This document shows positions 42,668 through 52,573 of a stretch of 64,000 nucleotides of DNA, in pieces; position 1 is the stretch's first letter, and each line of letters opens with the position of its first letter. Position numbers and translations under genes: made by a program. The notes under the pieces were generated by a model that was not told the DNA's origin, did not search any database, and worked only from the letters and a program-made list of their open reading frames with translations. Source of the stretch: a virus; IMG/VR virus record IMGVR_UViG_3300026512_000006, positions 1-64,000 of that record; one strand, 5' to 3'.

Positions 42668-43410
42668 TGATTTTTGATAGCAAAACGTTTCTTCCTAATA
42701 ATATAGAATTCAGAGAATTATCTAGTCTGTGTATTAGTAAGTACAAAGAAGCTCAGGCATTTGCACTTGGAGAGCTTGTAAATAATCCTACGCATAAGTT
42801 TAGTAAGACCGCGAGAGAGATATTGTTGTTAAAGTATGATGTTTGGTTTAGATGGCTAGTTGAGGTAGAAGATATACTTAGACGTAGTGATAGAAACACT
42901 AACATTCACGCAGAAGTTATACGTGTAAGTAATGAATTGGAACTAGAGTATGACAAAGTACTAGAGAGTAATTCTGATATATTTGATATAAAGTATGTTG
43001 AAATATGGACTAAATCACATAAGTTTATTTATGAGTATTTTAAAGCTAAGGTAGTTAATACACCTACAAATGATATAGGTAAGTTTATGGCTGGCATCAC
43101 AGATATGCTAGTAACAATTATGGATAACACTTTATTTGAGCTTCACGAGATAGATAGTCTTATAGAGGGTAACAGAGTATTTGTCAGCTTTGATGACATA
43201 TGTCTTGATTACCCAGAAGTGATGGGAACGCACTCGTGTCTTTTAGCTGATAGGTTGAACGTGTACAAAGAATATTTCCCGAAGATGGGTAAAGAGGTAA
43301 CTGTTAAAGACTACTCTAGAGGTAACACTTTAAAGCATAGTCTCGAGATGATTAAAGAAATAACAGAGCAGTTCTATAAAATAGGATTAGAGTTGGAAGT
43401 TGTTATATAG
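42667..43410 (+). CDS. hypothetical protein (247 aa)
   Basis: ORF track. Confidence 0.6.
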   Translation: MIFDSKTFLPNNIEFRELSSLCISKYKEAQAFALGELVNNPTHKFSKTAREILLLKYDVWFRWLVEVEDILRRSDRNTNIHAEVIRVSNELELEYDKVLESNSDIFDIKYVEIWTKSHKFIYEYFKAKVVNTPTNDIGKFMAGITDMLVTIMDNTLFELHEIDSLIEGNRVFVSFDDICLDYPEVMGTHSCLLADRLNVYKEYFPKMGKEVTVKDYSRGNTLKHSLEMIKEITEQFYKIGLELEVVI

Positions 43411-43432
43411 GGCTTTCATAGTTGTATATAGG

Positions 43433-43461
43433 TTGACTTTACTAAAGTAGTTGAGTATAAT
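43433..43461 (+). promoter_or_regulatory. sigma70-type promoter TTGACT-17-TATAAT
   Basis: Consensus -10, 17-nt spacer; upstream of the portal gene. Confidence 0.65.
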
Positions 43462-43520
43462 TCAGCAATTAAATATTTAGAGCGTTTATTAAGCTACGTA
43501 CAAACTAAAGGGATATAAAT

Positions 43521-45698
43521 ATGACAGAAGAAACTACTGAAGTAGAAGACTTGCCTAAACGTAAGAAAGTACTGCAGAAAGGATGGAAGAATGCTCCTAC
43601 ACGTTCAGATCTTTACAACGACTATGCCAGTGCAGAGAATAGTCAAGAAGAGTTAAAGACTAAGCTATTAGAGTGGAAAGAAACCAGAGATGGTGGTCCT
43701 AAGATTAAAGTACAAGGACTTGGTAAATCTACTGCTAGACCTAAACTAGTTAGAAAACAAAACGAGTGGAAATACCCTGCGTTAGAAGACCCTTTTTTAA
43801 GCACATCTAATTTATTTAGAGTAGCTCCTGCTACATCTATGGATACAGACGCTGCTAAGCAAAATGCTAGAGTACTTAACTACCAATGGAATACTAAAGT
43901 ACAGAAGACTAAGCTAGTTAATGACATTGTAAGAACTGTAGTAGATGAAGGTACAGTTATTGTAAAGACTGGGTGGGAAGCTGAGACAGTGTTCAAAGAG
44001 GTAGAAGAAGAAGTCCCTGTATATGCAAGTCCTGAAGAGTCAGTAATGATGATGCAGCAAGCAGTACAATCAGGACAAATGACCCCTGAACAAGCTCAAG
44101 CTATGCTAGAAACTGGAGAGCCTATGCAAGTAGGTACAGCTATGGAGATGGTAGAGAAAGAGGTCTTAGTAAAGAATCAACCATCTTACGAAGTGTGTGT
44201 TACAGCTAATGTAACTGTAGACCCTACTTGTGATGGAGTAGCAGCTGATGCATTGTTTGTTATACATGAATACGACACTTCATATGCTGAACTTAAGAAT
44301 GAAGAGTTTGGTGTAGATGAGGATGGAGACGAGTACGGTGTTTATCATAATCTAGATTTTATCAATGATGCTGGTGAAGATACTTACGACGAACATGTGA
44401 GTGATGCTTCTAATAATTTTGAGTTTAAGGATAAGGCTAGAAAGAGACTTAGAGCTTATGAGTATTGGGGATATTGGGATATTCAAGGAGATGGTGCACT
44501 AGTTGGTATAGTGGCTACTTGGATAGGTAATACTTTGATACGCTTAGAGGAGAATCCATTCCCTCATGGCAGATTACCATTTAGTATAGCTACTTATATG
44601 CCAGTGTCTAAGAGTGTTCATGGGGAGCCTGATGCTGAATTGTTAAAAGAGAATCAAGATGCTGTAGGAAAAATGACTAGAGCTATTCATGATATAACAG
44701 CTAAGCAAGCAGTTGGACAGGAGTTTATAGATGAGAACTTCTTTCCTAGTCCTAGTCAAAAGAATAGTTATGAGAAAGGTAATACAGTTTATTATAGAAC
44801 TGGTTTCAATCCTAAGACAGCGATACACAGACAAGATGTACAACAAGTAGGTAATACTCCTTTCGAGATAATTAATTGGCAGTCAGCAGACGCTAGCGAG
44901 CTTACAGGTACTAAAGCATTTGCAGGTCCTGGTGGACCTAAGATGGGTGGAGGTACTAGAGAGAGAGACTCTATGGATGCTACAGCTAAAAGAGAGCTAT
45001 CTATACTAAGAAGACTTAGTGATCTGTTGTTTGTGGATATGGCTAGAATGACTATAGCTATGAATCAGGTGTTTTTATCTGAGGAAGAAGTTGTAAGGAT
45101 TACTGATAAAGAGTTTGTCACGGTTAAAAGAGACGATCTTCAGGGAGACTTTGACTTAAGAGTTCAAGTGTCTACTCCAGAGAAAGATGAAGACCAAGCT
45201 AATAAGATAATGAAGTTGATGCAGACTAATGCAGCTAACATGGATCCTAGTATTGCTAAGATGCATTACGTTAAGATGGCAGAGTTGTGGAAGCTAAATG
45301 ACTTAGCTGAAGCAGTAGACTCCTTTGAGCCTCAGGCTAACCCTCAACAACAACAGTTGCTGGAGTTGCAGATTGAAGAACAGAAACTTAAGAATGCATT
45401 AGCTATGAAACAGTTAGATGATTACGATAGTCGTATAGCAGAACGTGTAAGCAGAGCTACTGAGAATCAATATGATCAGCAGTTAAAATCTTCTAAAGCT
45501 GAACAGCAGTTAGCTGTAGCAGAAAAATTAAGAAGTGAAACAGATATTCTCGATGCTTCATTTATGAGGCTGCAGGATGGGACAGATAGATTAGAGAAGG
45601 TACAGGATGAAGAGTATAAAGCTAGTGTAGATATGGCTAAGCAACAGTTTCAGAAAGCTGCCTTGAATGTTCCAGCTAAGACAATTAGTGAGATTTAA
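43521..45698 (+). CDS. portal protein (725 aa)
   Basis: Size, position upstream of the scaffold-like and capsid genes, and a Gln/Glu-rich C-terminal coiled coil; N4-like gene order. Confidence 0.6.
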   Translation: MTEETTEVEDLPKRKKVLQKGWKNAPTRSDLYNDYASAENSQEELKTKLLEWKETRDGGPKIKVQGLGKSTARPKLVRKQNEWKYPALEDPFLSTSNLFRVAPATSMDTDAAKQNARVLNYQWNTKVQKTKLVNDIVRTVVDEGTVIVKTGWEAETVFKEVEEEVPVYASPEESVMMMQQAVQSGQMTPEQAQAMLETGEPMQVGTAMEMVEKEVLVKNQPSYEVCVTANVTVDPTCDGVAADALFVIHEYDTSYAELKNEEFGVDEDGDEYGVYHNLDFINDAGEDTYDEHVSDASNNFEFKDKARKRLRAYEYWGYWDIQGDGALVGIVATWIGNTLIRLEENPFPHGRLPFSIATYMPVSKSVHGEPDAELLKENQDAVGKMTRAIHDITAKQAVGQEFIDENFFPSPSQKNSYEKGNTVYYRTGFNPKTAIHRQDVQQVGNTPFEIINWQSADASELTGTKAFAGPGGPKMGGGTRERDSMDATAKRELSILRRLSDLLFVDMARMTIAMNQVFLSEEEVVRITDKEFVTVKRDDLQGDFDLRVQVSTPEKDEDQANKIMKLMQTNAANMDPSIAKMHYVKMAELWKLNDLAEAVDSFEPQANPQQQQLLELQIEEQKLKNALAMKQLDDYDSRIAERVSRATENQYDQQLKSSKAEQQLAVAEKLRSETDILDASFMRLQDGTDRLEKVQDEEYKASVDMAKQQFQKAALNVPAKTISEI

Positions 45699-45720
45699 TT
45701 TAAATATAAAGGAGGCTTAG

Positions 45721-46164
45721 ATGCCACAAGTTAATATGCCAGTACATCCTGCTAGACAGCAGGGCTTAGGAGCTCCACAAGAGCAAGGGAATCAAAACCC
45801 ATACTATCGACCGTCTACAGCTTTAGATGGCTACAACGCAAGCTTACAGCAAGCTCAGGCTATGCAAGCACAGGCTCAAGCTGAGAAGGCAGCAGCAGAG
45901 ACAGCAATCCTAAGAGGTGGCCTTGGTTCTCCAGCACAGATGGCTCCACAAGAAGCTCCTGAAGTATCCCCACAGCAAGTTCAAGCTGAGCAGATAGCTG
46001 ATGGGATAATTAAGGGGCAAGTAAGTCAAGGGGATATTCAAGGACTTATACATGCTGGGCAAATAGACCCGGCTGTAGCGGATGCTGCAGTAGGTATGGC
46101 ACATCAGTTTTTACAGGCCGATCAGGCTAGATTGCAACAATCACAGGGTTTAGGCGGGCTTTAA
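45721..46164 (+). CDS. Gln/Ala-rich hypothetical virion-module protein (147 aa)
   Basis: ORF track; AAGGAGG SD. Confidence 0.55.
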   Translation: MPQVNMPVHPARQQGLGAPQEQGNQNPYYRPSTALDGYNASLQQAQAMQAQAQAEKAAAETAILRGGLGSPAQMAPQEAPEVSPQQVQAEQIADGIIKGQVSQGDIQGLIHAGQIDPAVADAAVGMAHQFLQADQARLQQSQGLGGL

Positions 46165-46259
46165 TATAACTTTAAGGATTAAGTTATTATAATCCCCTTA
46201 CTTATTAACACAGGCCAAATATTGACTGCCTCTAAAAGCTACAATAAAAGGAATGACTA

Positions 46260-46538
46260 ATGACTCAATTAGCTGTAAATAAATATAACGGTGTCGCTAA
46301 AGGTGAACTAACAATTAAAGATGATAGATCAGAACCTTCTACCGCTACTGCCGCTAAACTTAGCATAGAAAGTGCTACTGGGAATAAAGTAACATTTGAT
46401 TTTAGTAAGTTCAATGACTTATCTAAAGTAAATACTGTTGCAGTAGCTGATAGTGTTGCTGATGATGTAGCAGGAGTAGTGGCTGATTTAAATCTCTTAC
46501 TTGCTGCCTTACGCACATCTAAAGTATTAAGTGTTTAA
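46260..46538 (+). CDS. hypothetical protein (92 aa)
   Basis: ORF track; the antisense ORF 46265-46516 is judged a shadow. Confidence 0.5.
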   Translation: MTQLAVNKYNGVAKGELTIKDDRSEPSTATAAKLSIESATGNKVTFDFSKFNDLSKVNTVAVADSVADDVAGVVADLNLLLAALRTSKVLSV

Positions 46539-46558
46539 ATAACACTTTATAATAAAAT

Positions 46559-47023
46559 ATGAGCCAAACTACTGTACGCTCTAAAACTCTGACATACCGG
46601 GCAATGTTAAGACATCCCATATTAAAGGATCAAGCAATGGATGGGGCATCATCAAACTTGAAAGAAACACTAGAAGCTATCGACGCTGCTATAGCTAGAA
46701 AGAAAGAAGCTATAAAAGCAGGAGAGGCGTTAAATCGTCTTATGAACAACCCAGACTTTAAAACAGTAATCCTTGATGGTTACATTGAAGCTGAAGCAAA
46801 CAAGTTATTTAAAATCTTGACAGACCCTAGTGGTACTAGTCCGTATACCGATGATCAGGTTAAACTGAAGTTAGCGGCTATTAGTCACTTTAGAGGGTAT
46901 GTAGGTACTGAGGACTTTCCTGGTACTATAAAGATTGAAGCGGAACAAGCTCCACTAGATATACTTAGTGAAGAGAATTATCGTAAAGAAGTAACAGCAA
47001 TGTATGCTGAAAGTGGAGAGTAA
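46559..47023 (+). CDS. hypothetical head-module protein (154 aa)
   Basis: ORF track. Confidence 0.55.
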   Translation: MSQTTVRSKTLTYRAMLRHPILKDQAMDGASSNLKETLEAIDAAIARKKEAIKAGEALNRLMNNPDFKTVILDGYIEAEANKLFKILTDPSGTSPYTDDQVKLKLAAISHFRGYVGTEDFPGTIKIEAEQAPLDILSEENYRKEVTAMYAESGE

Positions 47024-47025
47024 TT

Positions 47026-48411
47026 ATGAGTGATACTATTAATAAAGATGAAGTAGAATTTGATGAAGATGTATTTGAGTCAATGTTACACGGGACGTTC
47101 GAGGCAGAGACTTCAGATACCGACGAGGTAGAGGAAGAAGGTGTTGAAGAAGATGCAGATACTGCGGAAGACTTTGACGAAGAAGACAATGAAGACCAAG
47201 AGGACACAGACCAAGAAGAGGATTCTGAGGATGATGAGGAACTTGATGAGGCTGACGACGGTGAGCTTGATGAAGACTCTGAAGACGAAGATGATGATGA
47301 GGAAGAAGACTCTCTAGTAGAAGATTATGATTCAGATGATGAAGATAGTGATGGCGAAGACGAAGATGATACAGATACTGACGAAGTAGCTGAAGAGTCT
47401 GAGGATGGTGACACTGACGAGGAATCAGAAGACGAAGCAGACACAGAAGAGACTAGCGACGGCGAAGCTCAGGACACAGACGGAGTTGATTATAAGGCCT
47501 TCTATGACGCTGTAGTGAATACAGAATTTGTTGTTAACGGAAGAAAGACTAAAGGCTTTGCAGATCCTCAGAAGATTATACAGTCACAACAGATGGCTGG
47601 TGGTTTCTCTGAGAAAATGGCAGGCTTTAAGCAGTATCGACCATTCATGGCTCCTCTGAAAGAGAGAGGTATGCTTGAAGATCAGACTAAGTTTGACTTA
47701 GCAATGAACCTTATCGATGGAGATAAGGAAGCTATCAAGAAGCACTTGCAGTCATTAGAGATTGATCCGTTAGATTTAGATATGGAGAAGATTGAGTATA
47801 GTGGTAAACCCACTGTAGCTAGTCAAGAGTCTTTAGTTATCGAAGATGTAATGGAGAGAGCTAAGGCTACAGGTATTGAAGATCGCGTTAGACAAGTAGT
47901 TGGCAAAGATTGGGATGCTGAAAGCTTCCAAGAATTTGTTTCTAATGATGCTGTACGTGAAGATTTACTTAACCACATTGAAACCGGAGCATATGATGCT
48001 GTACAGGATAAGATGTTAGAGATGAGTAGACTTGACGTAAACGGTTCGTTTGGTGCTATGAATACTATTTCAAAGTATAGAGCAGCTGTAAGAGAGTTAC
48101 AAGCTGAGCAGCCAGCTGCACAACCAAGTACTCCCGTTGTAGAGCCAAAAGCCACAACTCCTAAGAAGGTTGCTAAGAAGCCTACAGTGAAAGCTGAGAA
48201 GGCTAAAATCGAGCAAGCTAGGAAGGAAGAAGAGTATAAGGCTAAAGCAGCTAAACGTGAAGCTAAGTTAACACAGCAACGTAAGAAAGCTGCTTCAATG
48301 AGTAGAAAGAAAGCTAAGGCTAAGCCTAAGCCTAAATTCGACCCATTAAAGGTAGAAGGTGAAGAGTTAGATAATCTCATGGATTTTCTTATATCAGGCG
48401 GTAGAGGGTAA
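47026..48411 (+). CDS. scaffold-like protein with ~130-aa poly-acidic N-terminal region and Lys-rich C-terminus (461 aa)
   Basis: Composition, and position immediately upstream of the major capsid gene. Confidence 0.45.
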   Translation: MSDTINKDEVEFDEDVFESMLHGTFEAETSDTDEVEEEGVEEDADTAEDFDEEDNEDQEDTDQEEDSEDDEELDEADDGELDEDSEDEDDDEEEDSLVEDYDSDDEDSDGEDEDDTDTDEVAEESEDGDTDEESEDEADTEETSDGEAQDTDGVDYKAFYDAVVNTEFVVNGRKTKGFADPQKIIQSQQMAGGFSEKMAGFKQYRPFMAPLKERGMLEDQTKFDLAMNLIDGDKEAIKKHLQSLEIDPLDLDMEKIEYSGKPTVASQESLVIEDVMERAKATGIEDRVRQVVGKDWDAESFQEFVSNDAVREDLLNHIETGAYDAVQDKMLEMSRLDVNGSFGAMNTISKYRAAVRELQAEQPAAQPSTPVVEPKATTPKKVAKKPTVKAEKAKIEQARKEEEYKAKAAKREAKLTQQRKKAASMSRKKAKAKPKPKFDPLKVEGEELDNLMDFLISGGRG

Positions 48412-48451
48412 GACCTCACTCCTAAAACAATAATTTTAAAGGAATTTATTA

Positions 48452-49780
48452 ATGGCTACAAAATCATTATTTAACACAGGCGGACTTACTTCAACAGATA
48501 TCGATGAGCAGTACAACGACCATTTCTGGTCAAAGGGTGCAATTCGTGAAGCTGCTAAAAAGCGTGTGTTTACACAACTTGGAGATCGTTTAACTCAGCC
48601 TAAGCACTATGGTGACGAAATTGTTAAAGAACGTCAGTTCCCAATTTTACATGAACTTAATAAGCTTGATGGTGGTGTTGATGCTACTACTGCTTCTGTT
48701 GTTCAAGCTGTATTTTATGCTTATAACACTTCAGGTGTTTTAGTTGGTACATTTGAGACTCGTGATTATGCCGATGCTGCTGCTGCAGAAGCTGATGCAG
48801 TTACTGCTGCTGATGGTGGTAAAGTACTTAATGGTACTGGTGCTATCTATGGTGGAGATGCTGACTATTCAGTTGTATCTGGTACTTTTCCTTCGTTGAC
48901 TGAGGAAGGTGGAAACGTTAATGGCGTTAACACTAAGTCTGTTACTGTTAAAGGTAAAGTTAACGAGTTCGGTATGCACATGAAGTTTACTCAGAAATCT
49001 ATTGATATGGATTCTAGAGTTGGTGTTCTTGCACAAAAAACTAAAGCGCTTGGTGAAGCTAAGGGCGATATCTATGAAGCTCAAGTACAGTCAGACTTAA
49101 TTGCTGCTTCTGAGATTAATAGAACTTTCGCTGGTACAGCTGCTTCTTCTTTACTAACTTGTAATAGAGATGCTGTTCTTACTTTCGCTGACTTACGTCT
49201 TATGGAACAAGAACTTAAGCGTTTACTAGTGCCTCGTGATACTAAGATCATCACTGGTTCGACTAAGATTGATACTCGTGTTGTTGGTAAGTCTTATTAT
49301 GCATATGTAGGTCAAGAGCTTACTCCTATGTTAGAAGATATGACACATAATGGTATTAATGTATGGGTTCCAGTTGAAGCTTACGCTGACTCAGGTGTAG
49401 TTGCTGATGGAGAGATCGGTAAGATTGGTCGTTTCCGTTTCATCGAAGTTGACAATATGCAAAAGTACCGTGGTGTCGGTGCTAATGACAGTGGTAATGA
49501 CGATGCTGATGATGTTGCTGGTTACCACTCATCTAATGCAGCTGGCGGTGGTGAAATTTCTTTCGACGTATTCCCAGTATTGTTTGTTGGTTCAGACTCA
49601 TTCGCAACTGTAGGTTTTGAGGGGGATTCTTCTAAGATTAAAACTGCTATGCCTAAAGCTGATGCACATAATGATCCATTTGGTAAAAATGGTTCTATGA
49701 GTATCTCTTGGTATTTCGGTACTTTGATCTATAGAGCTGAGCGTATCCGTCAAGTAGCGTGTACTGCACCAATTAGCTAG
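48452..49780 (+). CDS. major capsid protein (442 aa)
   Basis: Size, strong codon bias and high GC, position after portal and scaffold, and strong hairpins downstream. Confidence 0.6.
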   Translation: MATKSLFNTGGLTSTDIDEQYNDHFWSKGAIREAAKKRVFTQLGDRLTQPKHYGDEIVKERQFPILHELNKLDGGVDATTASVVQAVFYAYNTSGVLVGTFETRDYADAAAAEADAVTAADGGKVLNGTGAIYGGDADYSVVSGTFPSLTEEGGNVNGVNTKSVTVKGKVNEFGMHMKFTQKSIDMDSRVGVLAQKTKALGEAKGDIYEAQVQSDLIAASEINRTFAGTAASSLLTCNRDAVLTFADLRLMEQELKRLLVPRDTKIITGSTKIDTRVVGKSYYAYVGQELTPMLEDMTHNGINVWVPVEAYADSGVVADGEIGKIGRFRFIEVDNMQKYRGVGANDSGNDDADDVAGYHSSNAAGGGEISFDVFPVLFVGSDSFATVGFEGDSSKIKTAMPKADAHNDPFGKNGSMSISWYFGTLIYRAERIRQVACTAPIS

Positions 49781-49789
49781 ACAGGTTAG

Positions 49790-49843
49790 TTAGTAGCGTA
49801 AGCTACTAATTAGTTACTGTTAAGGCTCCTCTAAGGAGTCCTT
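49790..49843 (+). terminator. two tandem stem-loops after the capsid gene
   Basis: UUAGUAGC-GUAA-GCUACUAA (GNRA loop) and AAGGCUCC-UCUAA-GGAG(U)CCUU. U-tracts are weak, so these may be mRNA-stabilising hairpins. Confidence 0.45.
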
Positions 49844-49935
49844 AACTATAATACAACTTGATTTATGAGAGGTGTAGCAATAGCTAGAACATATGGCAAT
49901 AGGTTAGTACCTACCCACAATAAAGGAACAATTTA

Positions 49936-50517
49936 ATGAATAAAACATTTGAAGATATGACTAACGCAGAGCTTAAAGAAGCTTGTGGAGATTTTGGTTT
50001 AGAAGTAAAAGCTAAGAACCCGGCTAAGCCTAACAAGGCAGAGTACTTAGAAGCTCTTAATACATTTAAAGCTGAGCAAGATAAGATGCACGGTAAGGAT
50101 GATAATGAGGAAGAAGAAAAGAAAGAGGTTAAAGAAGTAACTGATGGTTCTAAACGAAAACCTCAAAATAAGTTTCAATTGATGAAGTTAGATTTATTTA
50201 GAAAAGATAGAGTTATCATACATGATCAGCAAGAGTCTCAAACTAAAGACGAGATGATTTCAGTATCATGGGGTAACAGAGCAATTGGGGGGCAAACTGA
50301 TTGGGTAGACTTAAGTGGAGAGCCTCAGTATGTTAGACGTGGTGCCTTGAATAACTTAAAGGAAGCTAATATGGTTATTCAAATGCCTAAGCCTAATGGT
50401 GGTGTACATTCAGTACATAAGAAGCGTTTCATAGTTGTTGAAGTAGATGGTTTAACTACTGAAGAGTTTGAAGACTTAAAATCTCAACAAAAGATGCGTA
50501 ACAGCAAACTCGCTTAG
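49936..50517 (+). CDS. virion-module protein with N-terminal SAP/HeH-like motif (193 aa)
   Basis: MTNAELKEACGDFGLEVKAKNPAKPNKAEYLEAL resembles Rho-N/HeH helix-extension-helix motifs. Confidence 0.45.
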   Translation: MNKTFEDMTNAELKEACGDFGLEVKAKNPAKPNKAEYLEALNTFKAEQDKMHGKDDNEEEEKKEVKEVTDGSKRKPQNKFQLMKLDLFRKDRVIIHDQQESQTKDEMISVSWGNRAIGGQTDWVDLSGEPQYVRRGALNNLKEANMVIQMPKPNGGVHSVHKKRFIVVEVDGLTTEEFEDLKSQQKMRNSKLA

Positions 50518-50526
50518 TACTTATAG

Positions 50527-50550
50527 AAGTCTCCTCGGAGGCTTTTATTA
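50527..50550 (+). terminator. intrinsic terminator
   Basis: AAGUCUC-CUCG-GAGGCUU followed by UUAUUAAUUAUU. Confidence 0.5.
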
Positions 50551-50571
50551 ATTATTAAAAAGGATTTTTAT

Positions 50572-51042
50572 ATGGCTGATATACTATGGAGTGATATAGT
50601 TGGTGCTGCTACTGTTTCTGATGGTGGGTACGTAGGAGATTTACTTAAACTTGCTAGAGCTCATATAGATGAAGCTATAAGGAATAATGAGCTCACGCAA
50701 GGAGACGCTGGTCAAATTTATACAGCAATGATACCTGCCGCATTTCAGAATGGTATAGGATTTTCTATGCAAGAGGAACTGACAGAGGCTAAGATAGCTA
50801 ATGAAGAAGATAAACTCCTTACAAGCGAACAGCAACGTGCAGTATTGGTCAAGCAGGAAGCATTGTACCAGAGACAAGCAGCAGCATTTGATGATAAGAA
50901 ATATCAAAATATTTTAGATACACAGATGAATGCATGGGGTATCACATTCCAAGATACCGATACAACTTTTATACCTTCACAACTCACACAGTCTGAATTC
51001 GATACTTCAATGGCAGCTGTTAGAGCAGATTACGATGTTTAA
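50572..51042 (+). CDS. hypothetical virion-module protein (156 aa)
   Basis: ORF track. Confidence 0.6.
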   Translation: MADILWSDIVGAATVSDGGYVGDLLKLARAHIDEAIRNNELTQGDAGQIYTAMIPAAFQNGIGFSMQEELTEAKIANEEDKLLTSEQQRAVLVKQEALYQRQAAAFDDKKYQNILDTQMNAWGITFQDTDTTFIPSQLTQSEFDTSMAAVRADYDV

Positions 51043-51283
51043 TAGAGAAGAAGTACTAGGTTTCATTAATGATGTTATTGAGGACAACCACGGTAATGTT
51101 GTTACGGAAGAAACTATAGTTAGAGACAGTGGTATTGATAGCTTTGGCTTTGCAGTACTATTCCTAGAACTTGACGAAGAGTATGAGTGCTTCGATACAG
51201 AGTATGTAGATAAAATGTATAAGACACTTAGTAGTGGTGTAACTGTTAAAGAGCTTATAGATAGAGTAGAGCAATGTTCGTAG
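51035..51283 (+). CDS. acyl/peptidyl carrier protein-like (82 aa)
   Basis: DSGIDSFGFAVLFLELDEEY matches the ACP phosphopantetheine site D-L-G-x-D-S-L-x-x-V-E-L-x-x-x-L-E-E-x-F (Ser36). ATG 51035 overlaps the upstream stop; small and acidic. Confidence 0.65.
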   Translation: MFNREEVLGFINDVIEDNHGNVVTEETIVRDSGIDSFGFAVLFLELDEEYECFDTEYVDKMYKTLSSGVTVKELIDRVEQCS

Positions 51284-52134
51284 AAAGTTATACGTATCAT
51301 ACAGCAGACGTTAAAAGCGAACTGTTTATGCGTATAGATGGTATTGCTAGAAATAAATACATGACTTCAGAGTACCTTAAAAAGTTTCCAGATTTACTAG
51401 GTGCGGATACTGTAGGGAGTGTAGCTTTTCTATATGCTGGAGGTCCAGCTAGTCACCATAGTGATATAAGAGATATAAATGATTTATCAGATAGTGGTAG
51501 AATAGTTATTAAAGGGCAATTAGGATTTAATGCTTTTAACTTGGCTAAAAAGTTTGGGGATGTGCAGCATGTTAGTATAAATGCTAATACTTGTGCTAGT
51601 AGTATGTTCAGTCTTCACGAGGCTAAGGCACTACTTAAGGTATATGACAACGTAATAATATATGCTGAGGAACGAGTAGATAATGCTCTATTGCTGCTAT
51701 TTAACCAACTAGGAGTAGATTTAGTATGTGGAGATGCTGTAGCTATGATGCATTTAACTAGTGCTAAGACTAGTAATACTATAGCTGAAATAACTGATAC
51801 AGCATGGGGATGGTACCCTGATGACTCCCCTATGGGAGTTAGTAAAGAAGGGTACTTAAGCGTACTTAGTAAGATAGATTGCAGTGATGTGACTATTGTC
51901 AAACCTCATGGTACTGGGACACCTAGAAATGATGCAGAAGAAGATAGCGCTATTGCTGAGGTATTTCCTAATGTTGAGGTAGTAAAATTTAAACCTGCTA
52001 TAGGGCATACACAAGGAGCTAGTGCTTTAGTGGAACTATGCATGCTGTTGGATAAGTATGAGGATAGCTTTACAGGTGTTTGTATGGCGTCAGGACTAGG
52101 AGCTATGTATGGTTGTTGTAAAGTCATTAAATGA
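51274..52134 (+). CDS. compact beta-ketoacyl synthase (KAS I/II / PKS-KS type, 286 aa)
   Basis: Cys-His-His triad in the correct order and spacing: NANTCASS (C107), VKPHGTGTPRNDAEE (H212), KPAIGHTQGAS (H245). Overlaps the ACP gene end by 10 nt. Confidence 0.65.
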   Translation: MFVESYTYHTADVKSELFMRIDGIARNKYMTSEYLKKFPDLLGADTVGSVAFLYAGGPASHHSDIRDINDLSDSGRIVIKGQLGFNAFNLAKKFGDVQHVSINANTCASSMFSLHEAKALLKVYDNVIIYAEERVDNALLLLFNQLGVDLVCGDAVAMMHLTSAKTSNTIAEITDTAWGWYPDDSPMGVSKEGYLSVLSKIDCSDVTIVKPHGTGTPRNDAEEDSAIAEVFPNVEVVKFKPAIGHTQGASALVELCMLLDKYEDSFTGVCMASGLGAMYGCCKVIK

Positions 52135-52573
52135 GTATGCAATAGCATTCGCAGAAAATGTTGACACTGAAGATACGTATAAGATACTGCAGGAAGCTGT
52201 AGTAGGAAAAGAGGGTACAGCTAATTCGCGAATGCGAAAGGCCAGAATATTACGTGCAAGGATAGTAAAAGCTATAGCCGAGAATAAGCTTATATGCCTC
52301 ATGTACCTGAGTAAGCCTATCGCTGCATGTATTGTAGATGATAGAAAAGGTAATATGCTTATTAATATAAATGTATTGAAAGCATACAGGTTATTGCCTA
52401 AAACTGGATTGCTTATGCACTACATTGTAAATAATGTATTTAAAGGTGAGGATGTATACTTCATGGACACCACCGGACAATTTGCTAGTGTAGGCGAATT
52501 AGTTGATGACAGTATATACAAAGTTAAACCAACTGTTGCTGCCACGTTACAAAAACTATATGGAGAAATATAA
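52109..52573 (+). CDS. hypothetical protein coupled to the ketosynthase gene (154 aa)
   Basis: ORF track; 26-nt overlap with the KS gene and ATG overlap with the next gene. No motif recognised. Confidence 0.5.
   Translation: MVVVKSLNEYAIAFAENVDTEDTYKILQEAVVGKEGTANSRMRKARILRARIVKAIAENKLICLMYLSKPIAACIVDDRKGNMLININVLKAYRLLPKTGLLMHYIVNNVFKGEDVYFMDTTGQFASVGELVDDSIYKVKPTVAATLQKLYGEI

Noticed and set aside
47823-48419. 198-aa minus-strand ORF antisense to the scaffold-like gene
   Set aside because: Ser/Leu/Ala-rich low-complexity shadow of a Lys/Glu/Ala-rich sense gene, with no SD. The same reasoning applies to 46965-47207, 46265-46516, 45910-46104, 58150-58464, 60220-60531, 60904-61410, 61742-61987, 62303-62776, 62966-63163 and 63548-63787.
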